From Octopus vulgaris (lineage: Eukaryota): a stretch of 64,000 bases of DNA. Below are positions 30,384 through 44,757 of this stretch, in pieces. Location of the stretch: assembly GCA_951406725.2 (NCBI GenBank), contig OX597836.1, positions 4,712,001 through 4,776,000 on the forward strand, given 5' to 3'. Position numbers and translations under genes: made by a program. Below the pieces are notes generated by a model that was not told where the DNA came from, made no database searches, and was given only the letters and a program-made list of their open reading frames with translations. Every line of letters begins with the position of its first letter. Positions within the stretch are counted from its first letter, which is position 1.

Positions 30384-31554
30384 ATGCATACACACATACA
30401 TATATATGTATGTCTGTATGTATGTATAAGCACGTCTATATATGTGCCTGTGCGTGAGTATGTGTGTGTGTACGTGTATATGAATGCGTACGTTCACATG
30501 TGTAACCGTCACACCATCGACCAACCTATGTGTCTCTAGTCTAGTGGATCGTTATTTATTATTTTGGAACGGATCTTTAAAGTCACGTAAAGGCAACGCA
30601 ACTAGAAGCCAGAGGGTTTCTTCTGATTTGTGTTTATATATATTGAATTTCGAAATGGTATCGATCCCAGTAGAAGAAACGAACCAAGAAAATTACATAT
30701 ATACATATATACGCATTCATATTTATATATACATATATCTATATATACATATATACGCATTCATATTTATATATATATATACATATAAAAAGTGCGGTAG
30801 GTTTTCCATCAAAAGGAATCGTAAAAGGGAAAAAAAGACGATGAATAGGTATCGTGTATCAGAGAAATGTCCTGATGTAGAGTGTAAAGGGGGAAGCGAA
30901 TAATGTTTATCCGTGGAAAGAAAAGCCTACGAAAAAGACCACGGTAACCCCGGTCAATAATGTCACATGTTAACACATTTGTTTGCAAGTAAGTAACACT
31001 CTGTTTAAAATTTTTCCGGGTTCATAGGATTATGCTCAAGTTGGCTTCGTCATTCATACGTGCCATTCTTGATACATTCACCCATCTTTTTTTGAAACAT
31101 TCGCTAGACAAAACTTGCCTCCCTACTAGATACATACATACAGGCTGTCAGAAACACACACACTACTCACAAGTGTTTGGTCAGCCCGGGATTATACTAG
31201 AAGACGCTTGACCAACGTGCCACTCACGCAGTGGGGCCGAATGCAGAACCATCTACACTTCTTCTCACTCGACCACACCTGTACCTGTGTAGGAAATATG
31301 TTGAATGGTCGTCTCTTTTGAAATGTTTCTGTTGTTTAGAAATCTATTGTTGGAACTATCGTTGTGCAGATAAACTGAGCCGCTGAGAGCTTGTTGTATT
31401 TCGGTCAGTTTAATTCCTGCTGATAGTTTAGAGACCGTCAGAGGTGAATTTTAAATTTTTTTGTCTATTTTCTCTTCGTTCATTCTTGGTTCTCCAGTGT
31501 GTGATTGGGAAATAGAAAACTGAAAGAGAAACGAAGAAAGACTATGACGACAAT

Positions 31555-31593
<39 letters not shown>

Positions 31594-31802
31594 AGAAAGA
31601 GGGAGAGAGAGAAAGGGCATGAAAGTGAGAGAATGAAAGAAAGAAAGACAGAGAAAAAAATAAAGAAAGAGAGAAAGAAAGACAAATGGAAAAAAAGAAG
31701 AAAGAAAAGGAAGTGGATGAAACAAACACAGATAATGAGAGAATTGAATGAAGAAGCAGAGAAAGGGAGAAGAGAGGAAGGTGAGAAGAAAAAACATAAA
31801 GC

Positions 31803-31838
<36 letters not shown>

Positions 31839-32075
31839 GAAGAGAAGGAAAGTATTCACCAGGAAGAGAGAAGCTCAAAAGAGAGGATGTCATGGAGAGG
31901 AGAAGAGAGAAAGACAAAGATGTAAAACACAAAGAGATGGAGAGAGAGAGAGAGAGAGAAGGAGAGAGAGACAGACAGATACAGAGAGACAGAGAAAAAA
32001 GAGAGACAGACAGACAGACACAGGGAGACTGAGAAGGAGAGAGAGAGAGAAAGAGAGAGAGAGAGAAAGAGAAGA
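31555..32075. repeat. (GA)n-rich polypurine tract
   Basis: Directly visible. Confidence 0.95.
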
Positions 32076-32105
32076 TTTAGTACAAAAAATACGCAAATTA
32101 CATAC

Positions 32106-32201
32106 CTGGCGAGGAGGGGATAAAGAATGGTGTCCGTACAGCGACCGGCGTTAGTGCCCGGTGCCTGGAATGGGCAGATCTAATGTTGACCAGGACGGAA
32201 T
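32106..32201 (-). CDS. Candidate 96-nt internal coding exon (phase 1-1) of an unidentified host gene: (D)SVLVNIRSAHSRHRALTPVAVRTPFFIPSSP
   Basis: Polypyrimidine tract ttttctttactttctcctccctttgcgacgtcAG, donor CAG|GTATGT, length divisible by 3, only one open frame, GC/CpG-rich island between microsatellites. Confidence 0.6.
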
Positions 32202-32449
32202 CTGACGTCGCAAAGGGAGGAGAAAGTAAAGAAAATACAAATAATAATAATAATAATAATAATAAATACTAACGCAACTAAACAGCGCAAGACTTATCAT
32301 CCGTCGTTCGATTGATTATGCAACACGACTGGTAATATGATCGATATCAGAACAAATGCACACACACGCTCACACGCACACGGACACACTGACACACACT
32401 CATCCACACTCAGACACACTCACGAGCGCACACCCACGCACGCACATAC

Positions 32450-34030
<1,581 letters not shown>

Positions 34031-34340
34031 ATTATTTCATGGCATCAATAGATTGCATTGATGAGATGAATGATAGCTGGTGTAAATAGGCTGTATTGAT
34101 GTCTTTTTGTGATGTTAATTGTAGTAGCAGTAGTAGTAGTAGTAGTAGCAGCAGCAACAACAACAGCAACAGCAGTACTAGGTATAGTAATGGTGGTGGG
34201 GGACGTGTTGGTGGTGGTGACGGTGCATTTAGGTAAATATATCTGTCCTGGTGTTCATACAGACTTGCAAACATTCTTCTCATACTCCCTCGATATATAC
34301 ACACATATATACACTCATACATCTACACACACACACACAC

Positions 34341-34377
<37 letters not shown>

Positions 34378-34399
34378 GTATACAGATGTTTGCATTTTC

Positions 34400-34783
34400 A
34401 TTTCTTTTATTTGTTTTAGTCATTTGTTTGCGGTCATGCTGCAGCACCGATTTTACCCGAACAAAATCGACCCCATGACTTATTCTTTGTAAGCCTAGTA
34501 CTTATTCTATCGGTCTTTGTTGACGAACCACTTAGTTGCGGGGATACGGGGACGTAAACACACCAGCGGGGGATAAACACAAACACTCAAATACACACAC
34601 ACACACACACTCGCACACATCACACACATATACATATATACGGCGGGTTTCTTTCAGTTTCCGTCCACCAAATCCATTCGCAAAGCTTTATCATCCCTAG
34701 GCACTTGCCTAAGGTGCCACGCAGAAGTACTGAACTCGGAACCATGTGGTTGGTAAGCAAGCTACATACCACACAGCCACGCA
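34400..34783 (-). mobile_element. SINE family A, moderately diverged
   Basis: Collinear family A motifs. Confidence 0.9.
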
Positions 34784-34866
34784 TATAGATCGGTTAGTTT
34801 CAGCTTTCGCCGTGACTTCGTCAGTGGGATTGGCCGACACGGCTAATTCCGGACGACGATCAATAT
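34783..34866 (-). ncRNA. Candidate type III hammerhead ribozyme
   Basis: Minus strand: AUAUUGAUCG-UC-GUC / stem I CGGAAUUAGCC-GUGUC-GGCCAAUCCCA / CUGACGA / stem II AGU-CACGGCGAAA-GCU / GAAAC-UAAC-CGAUCUAUAU. Confidence 0.7.
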
Positions 34867-36176
34867 CAGCATATGTCTACGCCACAGAACTCAATGGATA
34901 ATTTTAGCGAATCGCTAATGATATATATATGTGTGTATGTGTGTGTGTGTGTGTGTGTGTATTTATGTATATATATATACATATGTGTGTGTGTATTTAT
35001 ATATATATACTGTATATATACATATACGTTTATATATATTCTTTACTTGTTTCAGTCATTTGACTGCGGCCATGGTGGACCATGTATGTATGTATGTATG
35101 TATACATGTACGTTTTTTGTGTATAGATATATAGATATTAAATGGATAAGAATGATTGGTCATATGCCTTGTATATTTTTATTTATATAACGCTTACACG
35201 TGTTTCAGATGTGAATTTCGGTACCGTCATCGTTCAATTTTATTAGTAGATCGATTGATCAACTGAAAATATCGAGCGGCTGTCTCCCTAATAATATGTA
35301 TGTGCGTGTGATTGTTAGTGTGTACGTGCGCACGAAAATATGTGAATATTCTGTCATCGATTTTTGCTTTACACACGTCGATTACTGCTTACTACGCATC
35401 TTACCGTGGACACGAAATCTGGCTTCCTTTGCATTCAGCTCTGAGGTTTTTAACGATGCTTATAAAGAAAACATTACAAGAAAAACGAGAAACTCATAAT
35501 TTTAGCTGATGTAGAAGAAGACATATTTTATATCTTGAATGATATACCACGTAAACTGACGTGTGTATCTTAGGTGAGTGAGATATTATATTCCACTGGC
35601 GTCGTTCATTGGGAATCGAATTTAATGGCGACAATTTTATATCAAGGTCGTATTTGCTGCCATTGAAAGCGTGCGTCAAACTTCGACATTCCCTGAAAAT
35701 TACGATATTTGTGTCGTTTGAAAATCTAGTTAGAATATGTGTTAATACAACGTTGGTGTATTTTTATGTAAGCCGCAATTTTGCATATTCATTCTGTTTG
35801 TATAAAAACAAATTAGTGGTATTATCATTACTTATCGTTATATGTACATAAGTATATATATATATATATATATACGTATATGTGCTTGCGTGCTTCACAA
35901 ACACACACAAACACAACCCATAAAAGCACACAAGTACACAGAAAAGTACACAAACACGCTCGCGCACACGCATATTTATATATATGACCGACCAGGCCAT
36001 CAGATGTTGCTACACATCGCTGGTCACAATGCGCGTCGCATTGTTTTAGCCTTCAAATGACGCCGCCCTGCTGGCTAAGCAAGCGGGACAATATATATAT
36101 TATTTATATCATATTTTGACCGAACTCCATACATCCATTTCCAAGTAAGCTTATATATATACATACATACATATAT

Positions 36177-36263
<87 letters not shown>

Positions 36264-36299
36264 ACTCTCTTTAATGGTGATTTTCTTTAATGATGATGA

Positions 36300-36900
36300 G
36301 AGGTGGATAATCATATTAAAATCAATTCCATTCGCCTAACACTAATCAGAATTCTTAGATTATGCAGAGTAGGGTCCCAGCTGCAGTATATTTCATTTTC
36401 AATGGAATTGTTTAAAGTGAATCCCTGAAGTATTGCTATAACTAAGAGAAACCGAAGAATTTGAAACTAAAGGAAGGAGAACATGTGTTCAGCAGCTGGT
36501 CTATCGGGATAAATTAACTGTATCGACATCTTCAGAAATTCTCAGCGGAATGAGCTCCCAATATTGTAATAAAGAAAGGAACGTATTCAATATGCCGCAT
36601 TATGGTTGGTGAAATATCCTGGAACAAACGTGGTGTAATATTCCAGATAAACTTTGATATGATATGCCTCATTTCAGATTGTAAGGTATGGTGGATAAAA
36701 GGTGATTTTGGAATAAGGTGGTTCAATATGCCGGATAAAAGTTGACGCAGGATTAAAGGTGGAAAATATTTCGGAACACAGAGGGTGGGGTTTGGTAGTT
36801 GATTCGAGATCAAGTGCAGAGTTCCTTGGAAGCAAAATGGCAAGAGTCACTCATAGATGTGGCTAGAGTGCTTCCTGGAAATGACATTGATAAATGGTAA
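36300..36900 (-). pseudogene. Possible decayed Penelope-type reverse transcriptase remnant
   Basis: Ordered weak motifs on minus: PKYFPPLILRQLLS, DVDT..IPIDQ (frameshifted), FTLNNSIENEIY. Confidence 0.3.
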
Positions 36901-36960
36901 ACTGAAGAATCGTATAATTACTAATCATTCTCTGGGAGAATATAGTGTGTATATGTATGC

Positions 36961-37082
<122 letters not shown>

Positions 37083-37152
37083 ATCTGTCTATATATCTAT
37101 CTATCTATCTATCAGTCTGTCTGTCTGTCTGCCTATCTATCTATCTACCTAC

Positions 37153-37185
<33 letters not shown>

Positions 37186-37229
37186 CTTCTATCTATCTAT
37201 CTATCTACAAAACCGTATCTATCATACAA

Positions 37230-37384
37230 AATTTAGAGGACTGACCACTAAAAGTGGACAGCCTATATGCTGGATATAGACGCCAAATCGCCATTTTCCA
37301 CGAAGAGAACACATTCTTCGTGGAAAACGGCAATTTGACGTCTATATCTAACATTTAGACTGTCCACTTTTAGTGGTCTAAATT
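37230..37384. repeat. Inverted repeat, arms about 65-70 bp, 8-nt loop
   Basis: gaccactaaaagtggacag...ttccacgaaga-gaacacat-tcttcgtggaa...ctgtccacttttagtggtc; single-arm homolog at 49333-49403. Confidence 0.93.
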
Positions 37385-37482
37385 ATAAATATATATGTAT
37401 ATATATAAAAATGTGACCTCGTGTGTACCGTTGACGATTTTTTTCCTCTGTCTTCCCTTCACGGGATCTTCCCTTCTCCTAT

Positions 37483-37517
37483 GTTTCCGACGAAGAGCTA
37501 CGCTCGAAATGTTAAGC
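37483..37517 (+). ncRNA. Minimal type I hammerhead motif (variant CCGACGA)
   Basis: gttt CCGACGA a gagc-tac-gctc GAAAT GT T aagc. Confidence 0.6.
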
Positions 37518-37744
37518 CCTCCTTCTTCCCTTCTTTCCTGAGCGTCCAATAATACTATATTTGTTCCAAGTCCTCGCGTTGTTGTGTTTTTTTTGTGTTT
37601 TCTTGTTTGGATTAACTTTATACATATATATATATATTTATGTACATTCAAAAATGAGGGTGAAAAATTAGATATTAATTTAATAATACCCTTATTTTAA
37701 CACCAAGCGACCTAGCACAATAAACCAGGGAGACAATACATATT

Positions 37745-37916
37745 TATCCGTAAATATAAGAGAGTTAACGTTAAATAGGTTAACTCTAGTGCTAGAAATA
37801 GCTCCTCCGGTATAATCGCCGACGATACCTCCACATAGAAATAGCACTACCCTCAACGTAAGGAAAGTGAAATACAACTAAAAAGTGGATTAATGTTAAC
37901 TCTCTTATATTTACGG

Positions 37917-37919
<3 letters not shown>
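37745..37919. repeat. Inverted repeat, 30-bp arms with 115-bp spacer
   Basis: tatccgtaaatataagagagttaacgttaa / ttaatgttaactctcttatatttacggata (1 mismatch). Confidence 0.9.
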
Positions 37920-37947
<28 letters not shown>

Positions 37948-37948
37948 A

Positions 37949-37979
<31 letters not shown>

Positions 37980-38012
37980 CTTTATTTTAAGCAGCAGAAA
38001 ATTCAACAAAAT

Positions 38013-38050
38013 CTGTTACTCTGAGTTTCTCGTTGCCGTTCATCAGACAG
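38013..38050 (-). ncRNA. Minimal type I hammerhead ribozyme, nearly intact
   Basis: Minus strand: ctgt CTGATGA acg-gcaa-cga GAAAC tcaga GTA acag; perfect 4-bp stem I, GNRA loop in stem II, GUA cleavage triplet. Confidence 0.8.
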
Positions 38051-39060
38051 TTTTTGCTAGAATGGAACATATATATTAATTCAATCTATACTCTTACAAA
38101 CGCTACACCTTTAAAAAGAAATGGACTTGTTTGATTGGCCCTTTAGAAAAAACGGTCAATCTTCGAGCGATAAACAAAAAGGTCAAAAATATATGTATAT
38201 ATATATAAAAACTTATAAAAATTATAAAATCCGAGGAAAATACCGAGGAAAAAACCTGTTGCCGTTAATGAAGACAGTACAAATTAATGCATAGAAATTA
38301 AACCTGTTATAAATACTGCAATACATATTTATATTAAAATCCACATATATATATCAACATACACAAAAGGATGCGCGTAAACGCCATACATACATATACA
38401 GACGTATGAATATGAATCTAAATTATACACATAAAAGCATGTGTACATATATTCACGCAAACCGTCTCGCACGCAAGCTAAAATTCATCTATGTAGCAAT
38501 TCTCATATACTGAGCAAGGAGGGGGAACGAAAGAAAGGGAAAGAGAGAAAAAGGAACGGAGGAGGGGTGGGGAAAAAACTTGTAGCGATGTTATTTGGCA
38601 TCTATAGAGGCCAGTATACATACACAAGTTTGAATTGATACATATACATACCGTCGTGTATATGTGTGCTTAAGCACAAGCATACTTTCACTTACACATA
38701 CACAGATACGCATGCTTACAAATACATATGCTTTGCTATACACAAATTTATATAAACATTCTAAATTTGACAACATTGCTTTTTTTATAAAAAAACATTG
38801 CTTTTAAAAAATGGGTGCATTAATAAAAATATATACGAAAGACCTATAAAATAAAATATAACATCCTATTTTGGGTCATTTATAAATAATCAAGGTAATA
38901 TAAATAATCAAGGTAATCTTATGCAATACAATAACATGAAAACAAAGTTTGTAGGTTTTTCCTAATATATATGTAGAAACAATAAGACTTTGCTATAGGT
39001 CCGTTGTAGCGCTCAAGAGTCAAAATCAAAATCAAAAAATCAAAATACAAAATATATACT

Positions 39061-39289
39061 CTATCCATATGGTATATTTATATTCGACATTTTAAATTTA
39101 GCCTTGTGCCTACATAAGTTCATTAATTCACTTCTTTGATTCAAAGAATTATTGTCTTTGAATAATATGTGCATTTTTTCTAATAAACAAAGCCTGCACT
39201 TGAAATTATATTTGTAAGCTCCATGCCTGTATGGTGCCGCCCTGTCCAGAATGCTCCATGTCACGTTGAAAGGTGGGGCTTCCTTTTCT
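39061..39289 (-). pseudogene. C-terminal fragment of Penelope-like GIY-YIG endonuclease (left arm, frame intact)
   Basis: VTWSILDRAAPY..KCRLCLLEKMHIL..SLNQRSELMNLCRHKAKF matches the W.I....PY...C.LC..EK..I....LN.R.EL...CRH pattern of PLE ORFs. Confidence 0.85.
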
Positions 39290-39530
39290 GGGAACTAAAA
39301 GAAAAGGAAGCCCCACCTTTCAACGTGACATGGAGCATTCTGGATAGGGCGGCACCATACAGGCATGGAGCTTACAAATATAATTTCAAGTGCGCAGGCT
39401 TTGTTTATTAGAAAAAATGCACATATTATTCAAAGACAATAATTCTTTGAATCAAAGAAGTGAATTAATGAACTTATGTAGGCACAAGGCTAAATTTAAA
39501 ATGTCGAATATAAATATACCATATGGATAG
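39289..39530 (+). pseudogene. Same GIY-YIG fragment (right arm), starting WELKEK, with a 2-nt frameshift near 39393
   Basis: tgg gaa cta aaa gaa aag...; tgcgcagg versus tgcagg in the left arm. Confidence 0.85.
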
Positions 39531-40564
39531 AGTATATATTTTGTATTTTGATTTTTTGATTTTGATTTTGACTCTTGAGCATAACGGACCTATAGCAAAG
39601 TCTTATTGTTTCTACATATATATTAGGAAAAACCTACAAACTTTGTTTTCATGTTATTGTATTGCATAAGATTACCTTGATTATTTATATTACCTTGATT
39701 ATTTATAAATGACCCAAAATAGGATGTTATATTTTATTTTATAGGTCTTTCGTATATATTTTTATTAATGCACCCATTTTTTAAAAGCAATGTTTTTTTA
39801 TAAAAAAAGCAATGTTGTCAAATTTAGAATGTTTATATAAGTTTGTGTATAGCAAAGCATATGTATTTGTAAGCATGCGTATCTGTGTATGTGTAAGTGA
39901 AAGTATGCTTGTGCTTAAGCACACATATACACGACGGTATGTATATGTATCAATTCAAACTTGTGTATGTATACTGGCCTCTATAGATGCCAAATAACAT
40001 CGCTACAAGTTTTTTTCCCCACCCCTCCTCCGTTCCTTTTTTCTCTCTTTCCCTTTCTTTCGTTCCCCCTCCTTGCTCAGTATATGAGAATTGCTACATA
40101 GATGAATTTTAGCTTGCGTGCGAGACGTTTGCGTGAATATATGTACACATGCTTTTATGTGTATAATTTAGATTCATATTCATACGTCTGTATATGTATG
40201 TATGGCGTTTGCGCGCATCCTTTTGTGTATGTTGATATATATATGTGGATTTTAATATAAATATGTATTGCAGTATTTATAACAGGTTTAATTTCTATGC
40301 ATTAATTTGTACTGTCTTCATTAACGGCAGCGAGGTTTTTTCCTCGGTTATTTCCTCGGATTTTATAATTTTTATAAGTTTTTATATATATATACATATA
40401 TTTTTGACCTTTTTGTTTATCGCTCGAAGATTGACCGTTTTTTTCTAAAGGGCCAATCAAACAAGTCCATTTTTTTAAAGGTGTAGCGTTTGTAAAAGTA
40501 TAGATTGAATTAATATATATGTTCCATTCTAGCAAAAACTGTCTGATATATGAATATCCACCTT

Positions 40565-40624
<60 letters not shown>

Positions 40625-41704
40625 ATATATATATGCATATGTATGTATATACATATGCATATATATATATACGTACACATACATACATGTATGCATTCAT
40701 ACATACATACCTGCAGATGAGTGCGAGCGAGATGTAAATACGTGGAGGATATATAAATATTTAATACTTATTTCCAAAGGAACGTATTCACAAATAAAGT
40801 TTGCCGTAATTGCGTTAAATACCCTCGTGTTCCTTCATCCGTTTATATATCAAAGAGATAAAGTGTGACATGTTGGTGGGCTTACGTTACCATTTCTGAC
40901 ATTCCTAACGAGCACTTATAATATCCGCCCTCGATGCAGATATTAACTACTCATGTTCGTTCGAAATGTGTTATATTTCATCCCAATTATCTATATTTCT
41001 GATTTCAGATTTGTCAATTTCTCCATTCCGTTTTAATGCCGTGTTACAAAATTTGGCGAACTGGAAGAAACGTTAGAATGTTCGATCAATTATCACGTGG
41101 TTATAAGCATGTTGTTTTTGAATGACAGGTTAAAGTCCAACAGGGATCAACTCTGCTTTCTGTCCTTCCTGGGTCAGTAAAATAAATAACCAGCCAAAGC
41201 AATTTATCGATAGCATTTCTTTGCACTCGTTCCAGTTATCTATATTCACCTTCTTAAATCTCACAAAAGCGCGCAAACTTCGTCTACATCTAGCAGACAT
41301 GCACGATGTCTTGTGACAGCTAACAAAATGTATGTCACAAGAAAACAGACTTAGATGCTCCAATGAAATCACACCATTGCTCAGTATATCGAAGCCTTAC
41401 ACCAGGGGTCTTTCGTTGACCTTTTGGGAGCAGAAATAAAAAAGTATCGCTCGATGAAATTTATAGAAATCATGCAGTTTTCGAAAGGTCATATTAAACA
41501 GTTTTCTGATTGTAATTCTGTGAGAAAAATCTATAATAACCGCGTTTAATTTAATCATCCATCTTTAATTACCGAATCATTTTCATTTTCATATTCATTC
41601 TTGTTTCGTTTAGGTTCGTGACTTTTATTAACGGAAATCATGATCGCTTTCTGCATCCAATAAGAATAAAATAGATATAGACAGATATCTTAGACAAAAC
41701 TGAT

Positions 41705-41751
41705 AGTATCTATCAATCTATCCATCTATCAATCTATATATCTATCTATCA

Positions 41752-41800
<49 letters not shown>

Positions 41801-41822
41801 CCTATCTCTATCTCTATATATA

Positions 41823-41857
<35 letters not shown>

Positions 41858-41870
41858 ATATCTATTTGTA

Positions 41871-41901
<31 letters not shown>

Positions 41902-41952
41902 TTATCTATTTATCTATCTGTCTATCTGTGTATCTCTCTATTTGTCTGTCTG

Positions 41953-42045
<93 letters not shown>

Positions 42046-42130
42046 TTATCTATCTATCTCCCTATCTATATATCTATCTACCTATCTGTATATGTGTGTA
42101 TGTGTGTGAAAATAGATAGATAGATAAATA
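41705..42130. repeat. (TATC)n/(CT)n/(TA)n field
   Basis: Directly visible. Confidence 0.97.
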
Positions 42131-43282
42131 TAGCTATATGTCACATACATATGTATATTGTGCATAGCATTCGTATATTCTATACGCATATGTATATTAT
42201 ACGATATGCAAGTATTTGTGTGTATGTGATAACACGTGTATGTAGGTCTGCGCATGACGAGGGATGTGTAGAGGATGCATATGTCGGAAAGACACAGGGG
42301 GAAAGAATTCGCAAATGTACTTCATTTCAGTGACATTTCCCCCATTTATTTTTCTGATTTTTTTTTCTGTTCACTATGGAGGTTGAATGATAAGAACGTG
42401 ATCTGAAGGTAGGTAGCTTGTCTTTGTTATCTTTTATTTCTAACTAAAGGAATGATTGCGTATGAATTCCTTCAATGCAAATCTTATGTGTGCACATACA
42501 TAAACGCATACACACATACAGTCACGTAGCATCTATATACAGACACACAGCTTCTGCGTACATACAGCTTCTATATACGTAATGCAAATATAAATATATA
42601 CAAGTAATAATTGGTTCATTTGGTTTAATGAGTAAATGCCCGAGTGACCATCTGGAAACGATATTAGTCAACTAACACGTACATTGCAAATACAAACTCT
42701 AAGTAGAACAATAGAATTAAGCAAGACTTTTTTCAAGTATTGTATATGTTATCATATGTTATCCGCATCCCAATGATGGGCTTTTGTATGTTTGTTAGGG
42801 ACCAGCTCCTTCCTCGAGAAAGACATCAAATTATTTGCAACAGAACACAGCATACACACACACGTGCAGAGCTTCAATATGTTCTGTCATTTATACCCAG
42901 ATAGAACTCATTTCTGCCGATACTAATTGGAGCACTTGATTTTCGTAATAATTGCCTTCGTGGAAATCTGTAAAGGCCAGGTAAGTCACTTTTATTTCGA
43001 GATTCTTTATTCTTGAGAACATCTCATTAGGCACCAAATAATTGTTCCATCTTCAGCGAAAGTCGAGAGACTTTCAACCATTCAAGAATATACCTTCTAT
43101 GGCATTTCCAATAGCATTATTCGTGTGTGTGTATGAGTTGGGATATGAGATGATAAAGGAATAAATAAATATCTTATGAACTTCGTTACGTTACAGCTGC
43201 TTCTCGCATACGGATGCAGTGGGCTCATAACTGAGTAACACAATAGAACATCATCGGAGCCTCGGGTATATATATGCATATG

Positions 43283-43323
<41 letters not shown>

Positions 43324-43324
43324 G

Positions 43325-43496
43325 AGGGTGTGTGGTAAGTGTCTTGCTTACCAACCACATGGTTCCGTGTTCAGTCCTAGTGGGTGACAACTTCGGCAAG
43401 TGTCTTTTACTATAGCCTCGGGCCGACCTAAGCCTTGTGAGTCTTTTGAGTGGATTTGGTAGATAGAAACTGAAAGAAACCCGTCGTATATATAGG

Positions 43497-43539
<43 letters not shown>

Positions 43540-43552
43540 GTGTGTGTGTGTA

Positions 43553-43591
<39 letters not shown>

Positions 43592-43808
43592 ATATGTTTG
43601 TGTGTCTGTGTTGTCCCCCACAACATCCCTTGACAACGAATGCTGGTAGGTTTACGTCCCTGTAACTTAGCGGTTCGGCAAAACAGACCGATAGAATAAG
43701 TACTAGGCTTACAAAGTATAAGTCCTGGGGTCGATTTGCTCGACTAAAGGCGGTGCTCCAGCATGGCCACAGTTAAATGACTGAAACAAGTAACAGAGTA
43801 AAAGAGAA
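43325..43808 (+). mobile_element. SINE family A, near full length
   Basis: Collinear with 59720-60135. Confidence 0.95.
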
Positions 43809-44757
43809 GTAGAATTATCCAGCAACACAACTGCAATTCAATACTTCATTTGAATAGGATGTTGTATCGTTGAAGGCGGGTATATCATGGAATACTTGAT
43901 AACTTTACATAAGCAATTTATACTAAATTATTTATAATAGCGAATAGCTGGCTGGAAGCAATAGTTGCGTTCCTGCAACTCCATCTTTTGGATTCCTTAA
44001 CGGTAATTGTTTCAATATCGAAGCTAATATCTCGAAAACATCATAACCAAATGCAATCTATAACATTGTTTATGTGTAAGTCATTGAATAACATAACAGG
44101 ACCTTTCCGGAATCTACTTAACTGATAGACGTTCACATTACGAGTAACAGAAACCATCATCTCGATATAAACTCCATTGTAAATTATTATACTTATGTAA
44201 TAACTGCAAATAATCAACGAGTAGCTATACAAATTTCCGCAGAATCTAGACTGCCTGTAGCTACTTCAAAAGAATTAGTATTATTCTTCTTTTAAACACA
44301 GATCGTTAGTGAAAGAAACAAAATAGTAATAATCTGCTCGGATGCATGGCTGTTTTGATATTAGATTTCTGTTATCAAAGAATGACAATCAATGATACAA
44401 AACCAGATAAATTTGTAAAGATGTTTATCAGTAATAATATTGTACGAATTAGAAACAGAAATAACGTCATTTCCTGATGCTAAACCGGTTTGTAGAATTC
44501 TAAAAATAATTTTATCAAAGATAACCAACGAGGTTTTTCGTTGAATTTATTCGTGTTCAAGATGGCTTATTAATAAAAAGTATTCTGCTGTTTGAATGTA
44601 ATGAAAGGTATTTATAAAGCTAAACCTTCAAACCTGCCATTTGTTTCTATATCGGCAGCTGTTTACTTAGCATCTGTATTAAAAGATTAGAGCGTGTTAT
44701 TTTATTTCATTTTTAGCGACGTCTGTCGTGTTTTTACATAACGAATGCGAGCGTAGA

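Larger units (their letters stand above)
37980..40547. mobile_element. Fold-back of a 5'-truncated Penelope-like retroelement: arms 38042-39289 and 39300-40547, 10-nt spacer
   Basis: Arms about 99% identical by manual alignment; contain GIY-YIG C-terminus, 3' UTR, hammerhead, and AATAAA next to (TA)n on the left arm. Confidence 0.93.

Noticed and set aside
31392-31447. Minus-strand CTGACG-gtc...gacc-GAAATAC
   Set aside because: Core incomplete and no cleavage triplet or stem I; at most a very decayed relic
34262-34294. Mariner-like TIR ends next to TA (also near 15578)
   Set aside because: No partner TIR found
42750-44240. LINE RT-like words YLAFTDF and GPVMLFN on the minus strand
   Set aside because: Order is opposite to that in RT domains and similarity is weak; not called without a search
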